A stretch of DNA of 64,000 nucleotides from an uncultured Gemmatimonadaceae bacterium (GTDB lineage Bacteria > Gemmatimonadota > Gemmatimonadetes > Gemmatimonadales > Gemmatimonadaceae): NCBI GenBank assembly GCA_963781585.1, contig CAWAGQ010000013.1, positions 320,001-384,000 of the forward strand, in the 5' to 3' direction. Position numbers and translations under genes: made by a program. Shown piece by piece: positions 9,544 to 18,301 of this stretch. Numbering within the stretch: the first letter of the stretch is position 1; every line of letters begins with the position of its first letter. The notes under the pieces are model-generated. The model worked only from the letters and a program-made list of their open reading frames with translations, was not told where the DNA came from and did not search any database.

Positions 9544-11012
9544 GGGGATAGGAAATTCAATCGCGCAGCGCCCGGAAGGTTGCGTCGGCAACTGCGGTGG
9601 GAGAGCCGCGGGTGGGGAACGCCGCGCGCGGAGGGCGCGCCGGACGCGTCCGCGGCGCGTCTGAGACGCGAGCGGGACGGGCGGTGGCGGCGACGCGCGT
9701 CGGGCGTGCCACGGTCGCGCAACCCACGCGTCCCCACGGCACTCAGCCTGAGTCATGGGGGAACGGGCAAACAGGGGTAACGCGTTAGGCGCTTTGACGC
9801 GCGGGGCGTGCCGACGCGCGGCGCGCTGTCGTGCGCGCCGTCGGCGGCGGCCCGCGGGCGGCCTCGCGGGTCCGGCGCATGTGGTCGAGGATCCGGTCGA
9901 TCCCGGCGCGCTGCGTGATGAAGGCGACGATGCGCATCTCGGCGCCGCACTGGGGGCACCGGAGCGGATCGACCTCGAAGAGCTGCCGCAGTAACTCGGC
10001 CCAGCGCCGCCGCGCCTCGCGGAGCGGGAGCGGCACCGCCTCAGCGATCGTCGTCGGTGGCGCGTCCGCGGTCGCCGCGCGCCGGGCACCGCGCACGCGA
10101 TTGGCGTAGTAGCCGTAGTAGCGCGTCATCACCTGGTGCTTGTTCGGCACGTGCGCCAGCACCCGCGCGAGAAACTCCAGCGGATCCACCGTGTCGGTCC
10201 CCGCCGTCGGCCCGTCCGCCTTGTCGGAGCGGTAGCGCACCTGGCGCGCCGGCGCATCGTACTCGAGCCGGTCGAGCGCCACGGGATTGCGCGCGCAATA
10301 CCGCGCCAAGCGCAGCGCGAAGGCCGTGTCGCCATCGGGGACCAGCACCGCATCGTGCACGTGAAAGCCCGAGTGCGGCCAGGCCAGCATCCCCTCGGCA
10401 TCTTCGTGCTCGAACAGCCCGCGCCGCACGAACAGCCGGAGCACGGCGCGACGAAACGCTTCGGTGAGCTGGGCCGTGTCGTGCGCGGGCCATGGCACGA
10501 AGGCGCCATCAGAACGGAAGCCCCCGTCGGTCGCAATCATATGAATGTGCGGATGCCAGTTGGCGAGCGATCCGTGGGTCTGGATGCAGCCCACGATGCC
10601 CACGGCGAGCGTCGGCTCTCGGGTCAGTGCGCGCACGGCGGCGGTCACCGTGCGCGCCGCGACGCGGGCGAGATCGCCCAGGAGCGAGCGGCGGTAGAGA
10701 CACCACGCGCGGAGGCGCTTGGGGATCGTGAGCACCACCTGGCGGTGCGGCACGCCGGGCGCAAGGAGCGAGTCTTCGAGCCACAACGTCCAGAGCGCCA
10801 AGCGCTTGGCGTGACAGCTCGGGCAGAAGTAGCGCGCCTTGCACGAGAAGGCGAGCAGGTACTCGTGCGCGCAGGCGTCGCAGCGCACGCGCGCGAATCC
10901 GTGCTCGAGCACGCCACACGCGAGGAACTTGTCGGCGACTTCGCGCACGACCGGGCGCCAGTCGCCATAGGTCGCGGCGAACCGCTCTTCGTACGCGGCG
11001 TGCATGCCGTTC
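9544..11012 (-). mobile_element. IS91/ISCR-family element, copy 1 (5'-truncated or internally deleted)
   Basis: 9544-11002 appears identical to 13460-14918 (offset 3916); minus-strand end GCGATTGAATTTCCTATCCCC resembles the ISCR/IS91 oriIS. Confidence 0.88.
9785..11005 (-). CDS. IS91 family (Y2/HUH) transposase, N-terminally truncated
   Basis: CDAC...SCKARYFCPSC zinc-binding domain, HPHIH HUH motif, RYCAR, RYYGYYANR; lacks about 33 N-terminal residues of copy 2 and has a new ATG with GGGAGA RBS. Confidence 0.85.
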   Translation of the reverse strand: MHAAYEERFAATYGDWRPVVREVADKFLACGVLEHGFARVRCDACAHEYLLAFSCKARYFCPSCHAKRLALWTLWLEDSLLAPGVPHRQVVLTIPKRLRAWCLYRRSLLGDLARVAARTVTAAVRALTREPTLAVGIVGCIQTHGSLANWHPHIHMIATDGGFRSDGAFVPWPAHDTAQLTEAFRRAVLRLFVRRGLFEHEDAEGMLAWPHSGFHVHDAVLVPDGDTAFALRLARYCARNPVALDRLEYDAPARQVRYRSDKADGPTAGTDTVDPLEFLARVLAHVPNKHQVMTRYYGYYANRVRGARRAATADAPPTTIAEAVPLPLREARRRWAELLRQLFEVDPLRCPQCGAEMRIVAFITQRAGIDRILDHMRRTREAARGPPPTARTTARRASARPARQSA

Positions 11013-11318
11013 TCCCTGAGCGTGCTCTGTCGTCCCGGAGGTTGCCGGTGTGCCCGAGCAGCCCGCAAGGGGCGGCAGGCATGTCCGCGAACCTGCCTCA
11101 GCGCCCGTTCCGGTCATTCGCGGCAGCCGCGCGTCCAGCCGACATAAGCAATCTGGCGTTAACGGTGCGCATTGCCGGATTGCCCTGCGCGGTTCGCCGC
11201 AACATGATGCTGCCAGCGGCGAGCGAGTGAAGGCGACGGGCTCATTCTGCTGGAGAGGGATGCATGCCCGCCCCGTCCATCCTGGCTGCGAATGCTTCGT
11301 CGATCAACGGGAGATATC

Positions 11319-12716
11319 ATGGGCAAGAGACTCCGCTGCATCGTCGCGCTGTCGGCCGGCATGTGCCTCGGCTGCCGGGGCGCGGCCCCGCCTGCGGCCA
11401 GCGTCGCCATTACGCACGTCACCGTGATCGACGCCAGCGGCGCTGCCCCATCCCCGGATGTGACCGTGCTGATCTCGGGCAATCGCATCCAGTCGATCGG
11501 ACACGAAGCGGCGCCTGCAGGCGCCACGGTGGTGGATGGGTCGGGCAAGTATCTGATCCCGGGCCTCTGGGACATGCACATGCACGTTTCACTGCTGCGC
11601 GGACCCGCGATTCTTCCCCTCTTCCTGGCCTGGGGCATTACCGGCGTGCGCGACATGGGCTCGCCGGATTCGATCTTCGTCTGGCGCGACGAGATTGCGG
11701 CCGGCAGACGCGTCGGACCCCGCATCGTGGCTGCCGGCCTGGCGTTCGTGAACCATGCGACCGGTGCGATCACGCCCAGCACCTGGGGTCAGGGGATTAC
11801 CGATGCGGCGGCCGCGCCGCAGGCTGTAGCGCGCGTTGCGGAACACGCCGACTACGTGAAGATCCAGGATTCGTTCATGCGCAGGGACGTGTGGCATGCG
11901 CTCGCCCGCGAGGCCAGGGCACGTCGCATGCCGATTGCCGGCCACGTGCCGTTCGGCCTCGATCTCGAGGAAGCGATCGACAGTGGCCTGACCAGCATCG
12001 AGCACTCGCTCGGCCTCGCGCCCGCCTTCACGAATCGCGAGAGGGATCTGCGCAATCGCGTGCTGGTACAGAAAGACGATGCCCAACGGTACAACGCGCT
12101 GTATGCCGCGGACGCGGAGGCCGTGGCGCACATCGACAGCACGCGCGTCCGCGCGCTGGCTGCGCTCATGGTGCAGCGGGGTGTGGCGCTGGATGCCACG
12201 CTCAAGGATCTGGAATCGGAAGCCTTCGCCGCGTCCGGCCGCTGGAACGACGATCCGCGTCTCGAGGACCTGGCGCCGGACCTCGTGAACGACTGGCGCA
12301 ATCAGGGCGCCCACGATTTCAATGCGACGAGCACCGCGGATCTGCGTGTGACGTTTGCGGCCATGCCGGCACTCGTTGCACGGCTGGAGCACCTCGGCGT
12401 CATGATTCTCGCCGGTACGGATGCGGGCGCGATGTTCGATTTCCCCGCGACCGATCTGCACCGCGAGCTGGAGCTCCTGGTCGAAGGCGGGCTCACGCCC
12501 GTGGAGGCGTTGCGATCGGCCACGCTCGATCCGGCCCGTTACCTGGGACTCGCGGACTCGCTCGGGGTCATCCGCGCCGGCTACGTGGCCGATCTCGTAC
12601 TCCTCGATGCCGATCCCCTGCAGGACATCCACAACACCCGGCGCATCGCTGCGGTCATCCGCAACGGCCACGTGCTGGACCGCGCCGCGTTGGCTGGCAT
12701 GCGCGAGCGCCGGTGA
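11319..12716 (+). CDS. Amidohydrolase family protein (putative lipoprotein)
   Basis: PGLWDMHMH, GITGVRDMG, AGTDAG, ADLVLLDADPLQDI; lipobox-like LGC. Confidence 0.9.
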   Translation: MGKRLRCIVALSAGMCLGCRGAAPPAASVAITHVTVIDASGAAPSPDVTVLISGNRIQSIGHEAAPAGATVVDGSGKYLIPGLWDMHMHVSLLRGPAILPLFLAWGITGVRDMGSPDSIFVWRDEIAAGRRVGPRIVAAGLAFVNHATGAITPSTWGQGITDAAAAPQAVARVAEHADYVKIQDSFMRRDVWHALAREARARRMPIAGHVPFGLDLEEAIDSGLTSIEHSLGLAPAFTNRERDLRNRVLVQKDDAQRYNALYAADAEAVAHIDSTRVRALAALMVQRGVALDATLKDLESEAFAASGRWNDDPRLEDLAPDLVNDWRNQGAHDFNATSTADLRVTFAAMPALVARLEHLGVMILAGTDAGAMFDFPATDLHRELELLVEGGLTPVEALRSATLDPARYLGLADSLGVIRAGYVADLVLLDADPLQDIHNTRRIAAVIRNGHVLDRAALAGMRERR

Positions 12717-12757
12717 TGCCGTGACCGGCAGCCCGCGACGGGTCTAACCGTATACTA

Positions 12758-13459
12758 TCAACGCGCCAGCAGGCGGACGGACAATCCGCCGTTCGAGGTC
12801 GCGAACAGCTCGAGCAGTGCCGGGTCGGGAGGCAGTCGCTCGGGCTGGAGCAGTGCGAGCCGCCATTCGCGCAGGGGTCCGCGCTCCAGCGCGTTCAGCT
12901 CAGCGAGCACGGCGAGGGCCGTGTTGCGCTCGCCCGTGCGCACGCCGTAGGGCGGGTTGGTGACCAGCCAGCCGGGCTCTGCGGGCGCCACGACGGCGGA
13001 AAGCGGTCGCACCGCGAACTCGATGTCATCGAGCACACCGGCGCGCGCGGCATTCTCCTTCGCCGCCCGGATGGCCCCGCCGTTCCGATCGGAGGCGACG
13101 ATACGCGTTCCGCTCCGTTCCCGCACCTGCGCTCTCGCATCGTCCACCACCTGCCGCCAGAGCGCAAGATCGAAGCCCGGCCATTGCGTGAAGGCGAACG
13201 CGCGCGGCTGCCGCTCGGCGCCGGCGATGCCGGGCGCAATGTTGCGGGCCAGCAGCGCGGCCTCGATGGCGATCGTGCCGGAGCCGCAGAGCGGGTCGAG
13301 CAGCGGCGCGCGCGGATCCCACGCCGAGGCCAGCAGCATCGCAGCGGCCAGCGTCTCACGCAGTGGCGCTTTCGCGAGTGCCTGACGGTACCCGCGCCGG
13401 TGCAGCAGCGCGCCCGACGCATCCGCGCGCACGAGGCAGCGGTCGCGCAGGAAGCGGAC
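12758..13459 (-). pseudogene. THUMP/RlmL-like RNA methyltransferase, 3' part only (truncated by the IS91-like element)
   Basis: LLHRRGYRQ...APLRETLAAAML...DPLCGSGTIAIEAA...VTNPPYG; homology starts exactly at the oriIS junction 13459/13460. Confidence 0.88.
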
Positions 13460-15109
13460 GGGGATAGGAAATTCAATCGCGCAGCGCCCGGAAGGTTGCG
13501 TCGGCAACTGCGGTGGGAGAGCCGCGGGTGGGGAACGCCGCGCGCGGAGGGCGCGCCGGACGCGTCCGCGGCGCGTCTGAGACGCGAGCGGGACGGGCGG
13601 TGGCGGCGACGCGCGTCGGGCGTGCCACGGTCGCGCAACCCACGCGTCCCCACGGCACTCAGCCTGAGTCATGGGGGAACGGGCAAACAGGGGTAACGCG
13701 TTAGGCGCTTTGACGCGCGGGGCGTGCCGACGCGCGGCGCGCTGTCGTGCGCGCCGTCGGCGGCGGCCCGCGGGCGGCCTCGCGGGTCCGGCGCATGTGG
13801 TCGAGGATCCGGTCGATCCCGGCGCGCTGCGTGATGAAGGCGACGATGCGCATCTCGGCGCCGCACTGGGGGCACCGGAGCGGATCGACCTCGAAGAGCT
13901 GCCGCAGTAACTCGGCCCAGCGCCGCCGCGCCTCGCGGAGCGGGAGCGGCACCGCCTCAGCGATCGTCGTCGGTGGCGCGTCCGCGGTCGCCGCGCGCCG
14001 GGCACCGCGCACGCGATTGGCGTAGTAGCCGTAGTAGCGCGTCATCACCTGGTGCTTGTTCGGCACGTGCGCCAGCACCCGCGCGAGAAACTCCAGCGGA
14101 TCCACCGTGTCGGTCCCCGCCGTCGGCCCGTCCGCCTTGTCGGAGCGGTAGCGCACCTGGCGCGCCGGCGCATCGTACTCGAGCCGGTCGAGCGCCACGG
14201 GATTGCGCGCGCAATACCGCGCCAAGCGCAGCGCGAAGGCCGTGTCGCCATCGGGGACCAGCACCGCATCGTGCACGTGAAAGCCCGAGTGCGGCCAGGC
14301 CAGCATCCCCTCGGCATCTTCGTGCTCGAACAGCCCGCGCCGCACGAACAGCCGGAGCACGGCGCGACGAAACGCTTCGGTGAGCTGGGCCGTGTCGTGC
14401 GCGGGCCATGGCACGAAGGCGCCATCAGAACGGAAGCCCCCGTCGGTCGCAATCATATGAATGTGCGGATGCCAGTTGGCGAGCGATCCGTGGGTCTGGA
14501 TGCAGCCCACGATGCCCACGGCGAGCGTCGGCTCTCGGGTCAGTGCGCGCACGGCGGCGGTCACCGTGCGCGCCGCGACGCGGGCGAGATCGCCCAGGAG
14601 CGAGCGGCGGTAGAGACACCACGCGCGGAGGCGCTTGGGGATCGTGAGCACCACCTGGCGGTGCGGCACGCCGGGCGCAAGGAGCGAGTCTTCGAGCCAC
14701 AACGTCCAGAGCGCCAAGCGCTTGGCGTGACAGCTCGGGCAGAAGTAGCGCGCCTTGCACGAGAAGGCGAGCAGGTACTCGTGCGCGCAGGCGTCGCAGC
14801 GCACGCGCGCGAATCCGTGCTCGAGCACGCCACACGCGAGGAACTTGTCGGCGACTTCGCGCACGACCGGGCGCCAGTCGCCATAGGTCGCGGCGAACCG
14901 CTCTTCGTACGCGGCGTGAAACGCGCGGAAGTGGTCGCTCACGAGGCGAAACAGCGGCGAGGCCTGCGGGCGGCGCGGCTTGTAAACGCCCGGCGCCACG
15001 CATGCGGGGACCGCGGACATCGCGCACGGCGCTCCGAAGCACGGGAGCGCCGAGCATACGCCCATCGCGGGCGGACGCCGTCACCAGAAGGTCGCGCGCA
15101 GTGCCGTTC
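13460..15109 (-). mobile_element. IS91/ISCR-family element, copy 2 (apparently complete)
   Basis: oriIS-like end at 13460; full transposase; candidate terIS end TGCCGTTC (GAAC on the tnp strand) at 15102-15109; no terminal IRs or target duplication. Confidence 0.85.
13701..15020 (-). CDS. IS91 family transposase (zinc-binding domain + Y2_Tnp)
   Basis: VYKPRRPQASPLFRLV N-terminus, CxxC zinc motifs, HPHIH, catalytic Tyr region, C-terminal CPQCG. Confidence 0.93.
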   Translation of the reverse strand: MSAVPACVAPGVYKPRRPQASPLFRLVSDHFRAFHAAYEERFAATYGDWRPVVREVADKFLACGVLEHGFARVRCDACAHEYLLAFSCKARYFCPSCHAKRLALWTLWLEDSLLAPGVPHRQVVLTIPKRLRAWCLYRRSLLGDLARVAARTVTAAVRALTREPTLAVGIVGCIQTHGSLANWHPHIHMIATDGGFRSDGAFVPWPAHDTAQLTEAFRRAVLRLFVRRGLFEHEDAEGMLAWPHSGFHVHDAVLVPDGDTAFALRLARYCARNPVALDRLEYDAPARQVRYRSDKADGPTAGTDTVDPLEFLARVLAHVPNKHQVMTRYYGYYANRVRGARRAATADAPPTTIAEAVPLPLREARRRWAELLRQLFEVDPLRCPQCGAEMRIVAFITQRAGIDRILDHMRRTREAARGPPPTARTTARRASARPARQSA

Positions 15110-15128
15110 CAGCGCATGTCGCGCCGCG

Positions 15129-15219
15129 GCCTAACGGTGCTTGCTGCTGACGAGCGGCTTGCGGAGACTCGCTGCGCTCGCGATGATGTGACCGCTCGCA
15201 GCAGAAGCTGGCGTTAGGC
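15129..15219 (+). other. Integron attC site 1
   Basis: R'' GCCTAAC ... R' GTTAGGC; arms TT[G]CTGCTG[A]CGAGCGG / CCGCTCGCAGCAGAA pair perfectly apart from two extrahelical bases. Confidence 0.9.
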
Positions 15220-15332
15220 ACACGACTCATCGGCGCGGGTGCGATCCCGAAAGAGTTGACAGGGGAGGCGGCGGCATCGCCTTCCCAACTGTGCCGGACC
15301 GCTATATTACGGTAGTCTCACCGGAGCGCGTC

Positions 15333-15569
15333 ATGACTGCCCCCGCCCGCGTAATCCATAGCGATCCCCAGATCTTGGGCGGCACGCCTGTGTTTGTCGG
15401 TACTCGCGTGCCGGCTCAGTCCCTCTTTGACTACCTTGAGGGGGGCGAGACCCTGGACGAGTTTCTGCGCCAGTTTCCGTCGGTAACCCGGGAGCAGGCC
15501 GTGGCGGCCCTGGACCTGGCGCGTGACACCCTCCTCGCCGCCGTTCCGGCCGGTGCGCATACTCCTTGA
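15333..15569 (+). CDS. DUF433 family antitoxin
   Basis: IHSDPQILGGTPVFVGTRVP...GETLDEFLRQFPSVTREQ. Confidence 0.92.
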   Translation: MTAPARVIHSDPQILGGTPVFVGTRVPAQSLFDYLEGGETLDEFLRQFPSVTREQAVAALDLARDTLLAAVPAGAHTP

Positions 15570-15873
15570 TGAGAACCTGCCCGTCGATTTGGCGAAGGAG
15601 TTGCCTGGCCACACCGTAGATACCGTCCGGGCGTTGGACTGGAGCGGGGTGGCGAACGGCGAGTTACTCCGACGGACCGCGGAGAACCACGAGGTCTTCG
15701 TCACGATGGACCGAAATCTCGAGCACCAGCAGCGGATTCAGGCGTTTCCGTTTGGGATCGTGGTGATCCACGCCGCCTCGAACCAGCTCAAGCACCTCCG
15801 GCCCATGCTCCCAGAGCTGCTCGCGGTCTTCCAGACCGTGCGCCCGGGCGAGCTGGTGCGGGTCGGTGCCTAA
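15553..15873 (+). CDS. DUF5615 family PIN-like toxin
   Basis: VRILLDENLP...WSGVANGELL...FVTMDRNL; overlaps the antitoxin; stop codon lies inside the attC2 R'' box. Confidence 0.9.
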   Translation: MRILLDENLPVDLAKELPGHTVDTVRALDWSGVANGELLRRTAENHEVFVTMDRNLEHQQRIQAFPFGIVVIHAASNQLKHLRPMLPELLAVFQTVRPGELVRVGA

Positions 15874-15962
15874 CAGACAAATGCAGACTGCCGGCGGTTG
15901 CTGCGTAGCGGCTTTGCCGCTCTGATGATAGAAACCGCCGCACTTGATTCGTAGCGTTAGAT
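15868..15962 (+). other. Integron attC site 2
   Basis: GCCTAAC ... GTTAGAT with imperfect arms (CGGCGGTT/AACCGCCG core); GTGCCTAAC complements the cassette start GTTAGGCAC at 15213. Confidence 0.85.
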
Positions 15963-16055
15963 AGCCACACGGCTTCTACGTTATACGGCCAGTTAACTCA
16001 TTGCCTCTCCACTCTGCCTCTCTATAGTACTCGCATGATCTCACCAGGGGATCCA

Positions 16056-16466
16056 ATGAAGGCTCAACGGCTATTGGTATCGCTCACCATCGTCAATTTC
16101 GCGTTGCTGCTGGTCACACTCGCTCACGAGGTTCGTCCGGCGGCAGCGCAGCAGGCGGCGCCAATGCTTCGAGGCCGCGGGCTCGAGATCGTCGATGATC
16201 AGGGCCGCGTGCGGGCGAGCATCACCGTCATGCCGCCGACGAACACGACGGGCGCCGACCGCGGAGCCGAAACCGTGCTCTTGCGGCTGATCACCGAGCG
16301 CGGACGTCCGTCCGTCAAGATCGGCGCATCGGAGCAGGTCGCGGGATTGAGCTTTAACGGTCCCACCGGGACGACCGATACGTACGTCATCCTGCAGTCG
16401 AAGGGGCGCGAAAGCACGCTCACGCTGCGGAACGAGGACGGCAAGGAGCAGATCGTGAAGCCTTGA
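16056..16466 (+). CDS. Hypothetical exported/membrane-anchored protein
   Basis: N-terminal hydrophobic helix; LRGRGLEIVDDQGRVRASI beta-rich body; first gene after attC2. Confidence 0.75.
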   Translation: MKAQRLLVSLTIVNFALLLVTLAHEVRPAAAQQAAPMLRGRGLEIVDDQGRVRASITVMPPTNTTGADRGAETVLLRLITERGRPSVKIGASEQVAGLSFNGPTGTTDTYVILQSKGRESTLTLRNEDGKEQIVKP

Positions 16467-16803
16467 CCGTAGGCGATCCAAGGAATGCCCGGCGCTCGAT
16501 CCACGGCCAAAGCCGCATGGGAACGACGCGCGATTCTTGGGCTCGGCGCTGGCGTACTGAATGTCTTGGGGCAGCGCTTGTCACGAAAGCCGAGCGTACC
16601 CGTCCGCCGCGCGGGTTTGCCGCGCTCTCCCCTAGCCATCACCCTGCTCGGCTGGGCCTGGGCGCACCTCAGGACGCGACCGGCGCGGAACGCTGCGCCG
16701 TGAGCGTGGGACCCGTCGATCGAATGTTCGCGACTCCGCCCGATAGCCCCGGCCAGTGTGAGCCGGGACCATCGGACGACCGACCGCGAGATCCACGTTT
16801 CTG

Positions 16804-17322
16804 TTACTGTCCCGAGCTCTCACCCAGGGCGACGAGAAGCTCGTCCAGCTGATCGAACGTCTCGACCATTGCATCGGCTGCTCCGGTGCCGGCAGCGTCG
16901 AGCGCTTCCTTCGAAGGATAGCTCTCGCGCAGGACCACCAGCGTCTTGCCGCCCTTTTCCTCGAAGGTCACCGTGGTGACAGGCCCGCCCTCGCCACCTT
17001 CTTCATTGGTCCACGCGAGGCGCGAGTACGGCTTCACTTCGACATATGAGCCGAAAAACGCGGCAGGCTCGGGGCCACCGTGGTCGAATACCAATCGGTA
17101 CTTGCCTCCGACACGAGCATCCACCTCGCAGGACAGCAGGGTCATTCCCATCGACTTGGGCACCCACCAACGCTTGAGCAGCTCGGCCCTGGTAAATGCC
17201 TCGAACACGATTCGCGCCGGGCCGTTGATGGTCCGCGTGACAACCACCTCGCGGTCCGACTTCCGTTCCACCGTGGTGCGGTTCTTCACGGGGCCGGGCT
17301 CACTTTCGATTCTTGCGTTCAT
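16804..17322 (-). CDS. SRPBCC/AHSA1 family protein
   Basis: SDREVVVTRTINGPARIVFEAFT...CEVDARVGGKYR...FDQLDELL. Confidence 0.9.
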   Translation of the reverse strand: MNARIESEPGPVKNRTTVERKSDREVVVTRTINGPARIVFEAFTRAELLKRWWVPKSMGMTLLSCEVDARVGGKYRLVFDHGGPEPAAFFGSYVEVKPYSRLAWTNEEGGEGGPVTTVTFEEKGGKTLVVLRESYPSKEALDAAGTGAADAMVETFDQLDELLVALGESSGQ

Positions 17323-17665
17323 CGCTCTTCTCCTTTCGTGTCAGTTCCTCGACAACCTTGTCCAACGCGTCGAAGCGTTCGTCCCAGCGCTGCCGGTACC
17401 TCTCGAGCCACAGCGTCTCTTCCTCCAATCGGCGCGGGCCCAGCTGGCACGTCCGCACGCGCCCGATCTTCTTCGTGGCGACCAGCCCCGCCTGCTCCAG
17501 AACGCCGACGTGCTTCTTCATGCCCGTGAGCGTCATGTGGAACGTCTCGGCAAGGTCCGTGATCGAAGCGTCGGCTCGTCCGAGCTGCTCCAGAACGCCA
17601 CGCCGCGTGGCGTCCGAGAGCGCGGCGAACGAAGTATCAAGTCGGGTCGTCACATACTGAACCAT
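17300..17665 (-). CDS. ArsR/SmtB family transcriptional regulator
   Basis: LDTSFAALSDATRRGVL...KHVGVLEQAGLV...GRVRTC; overlaps the SRPBCC gene. Confidence 0.92.
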   Translation of the reverse strand: MVQYVTTRLDTSFAALSDATRRGVLEQLGRADASITDLAETFHMTLTGMKKHVGVLEQAGLVATKKIGRVRTCQLGPRRLEEETLWLERYRQRWDERFDALDKVVEELTRKEKSDERKNRK

Positions 17666-17679
17666 ATGGTTCAGTATGT
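17652..17679. promoter_or_regulatory. ArsR operator (perfect 28-bp palindrome over the start codon)
   Basis: ACATACTGAACCAT|ATGGTTCAGTATGT. Confidence 0.85.
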
Positions 17680-17820
17680 AACGCAGGCGTTGCGGCATGG
17701 CAAGGGGTGGCCGCGAAAAACGATGCGTCCTACGATCTCCGCAGAGCGCGCGCATCCGTGACCGGTCAGACCACCATCGCTGCCTCTACTGCGACGACGT
17801 CCCCGCCGAACGGCCGCATC

Positions 17821-17940
17821 GTGACGGCCCTCTTTGCCGGCGCCCCGTTTCTCGGTGCGTTCCTGTTTTCGTGCTCGAGCCGATGGTGGCCAAGAGCATC
17901 CTGCCCACGCTCGGCGGCACACCGATGGCGTGGAACACGC
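17821..17940 (+). pseudogene. Fragment of a fused MFS/spermidine-synthase-like gene
   Basis: LFAGAPFLGAFL.. / VLEPMVAKSILPTLGGTPMAWNT split over two frames. Confidence 0.55.
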
Positions 17941-17942
17941 GC

Positions 17943-18102
17943 CTCCGTGGCACTGAGGTCGTGGACCTTGTTGAGGCCGAGGCGGCGCGGGATGACCGGT
18001 TCACGTGGGCGCTCGGCATTTGGATTGTTTCCGAAGGGTTTGCCGCCCGATGTCGTGGAGCGCATTGTCATCGCTGGTGGCAATGCCATTCGGCCAGCTT
18101 AG
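17943..18102 (+). pseudogene. Possible DUF6869-like gene remnant at the 3' end of cassette 2
   Basis: GTEVVDLVEAEAARDDRFTWALGIW followed by frameshifted LPPDVVERI; ends just before attC3. Confidence 0.4.
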
Positions 18103-18131
18103 TCCACGTAAGTCTGAATCTCGTGCTCGCT

Positions 18132-18229
18132 ACCTAACGACGTTGCAGCTGACAAGCGATCTAGTGGTTGCGCGTGGTTTTGCCACGCGCTCTTATTGAC
18201 TCGCTTGCAGCTGAACTTTGGCGTTATGC
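18132..18229 (+). other. Integron attC site 3
   Basis: ACCTAAC ... GTTATGC; arms GTT[G]CAGCTG[A]CAAGCGA / TCGCTTGCAGCTGAAC; terminal hairpin GCGCGTGG/CCACGCGC. Confidence 0.9.
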
Positions 18230-18301
18230 CGACTGTGTACTCTGCGGCAGTCCCCGACGACCTCCAATGTTTGGCGATGTCTCCGTCACCTCCAGTGTGA
18301 G

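Noticed and set aside
11140..12760. Amidohydrolase as a cassette (CTGGCGTTAAC at about 11153-11163 upstream, GTCTAAC at about 12742 downstream)
   Set aside because: The ends are not complementary and no paired attC arms are present
13670..13706. attI site
   Set aside because: GTTAGGC core is present, but there is no correctly spaced L box, no direct repeats and no adjacent intI
12758..14005. 415-aa ORF as a real protein
   Set aside because: Chimeric read-through of IS non-coding sequence into the truncated THUMP frame
15256..15308. Defined sigma70 promoter for the DUF433 cassette
   Set aside because: TTGACA (15256) and TATATT (15303) are too far apart to form one promoter
16560..16710. Degenerate attC after the hypothetical gene
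   Set aside because: Only short GC hairpins; no AAC/GTT boxes
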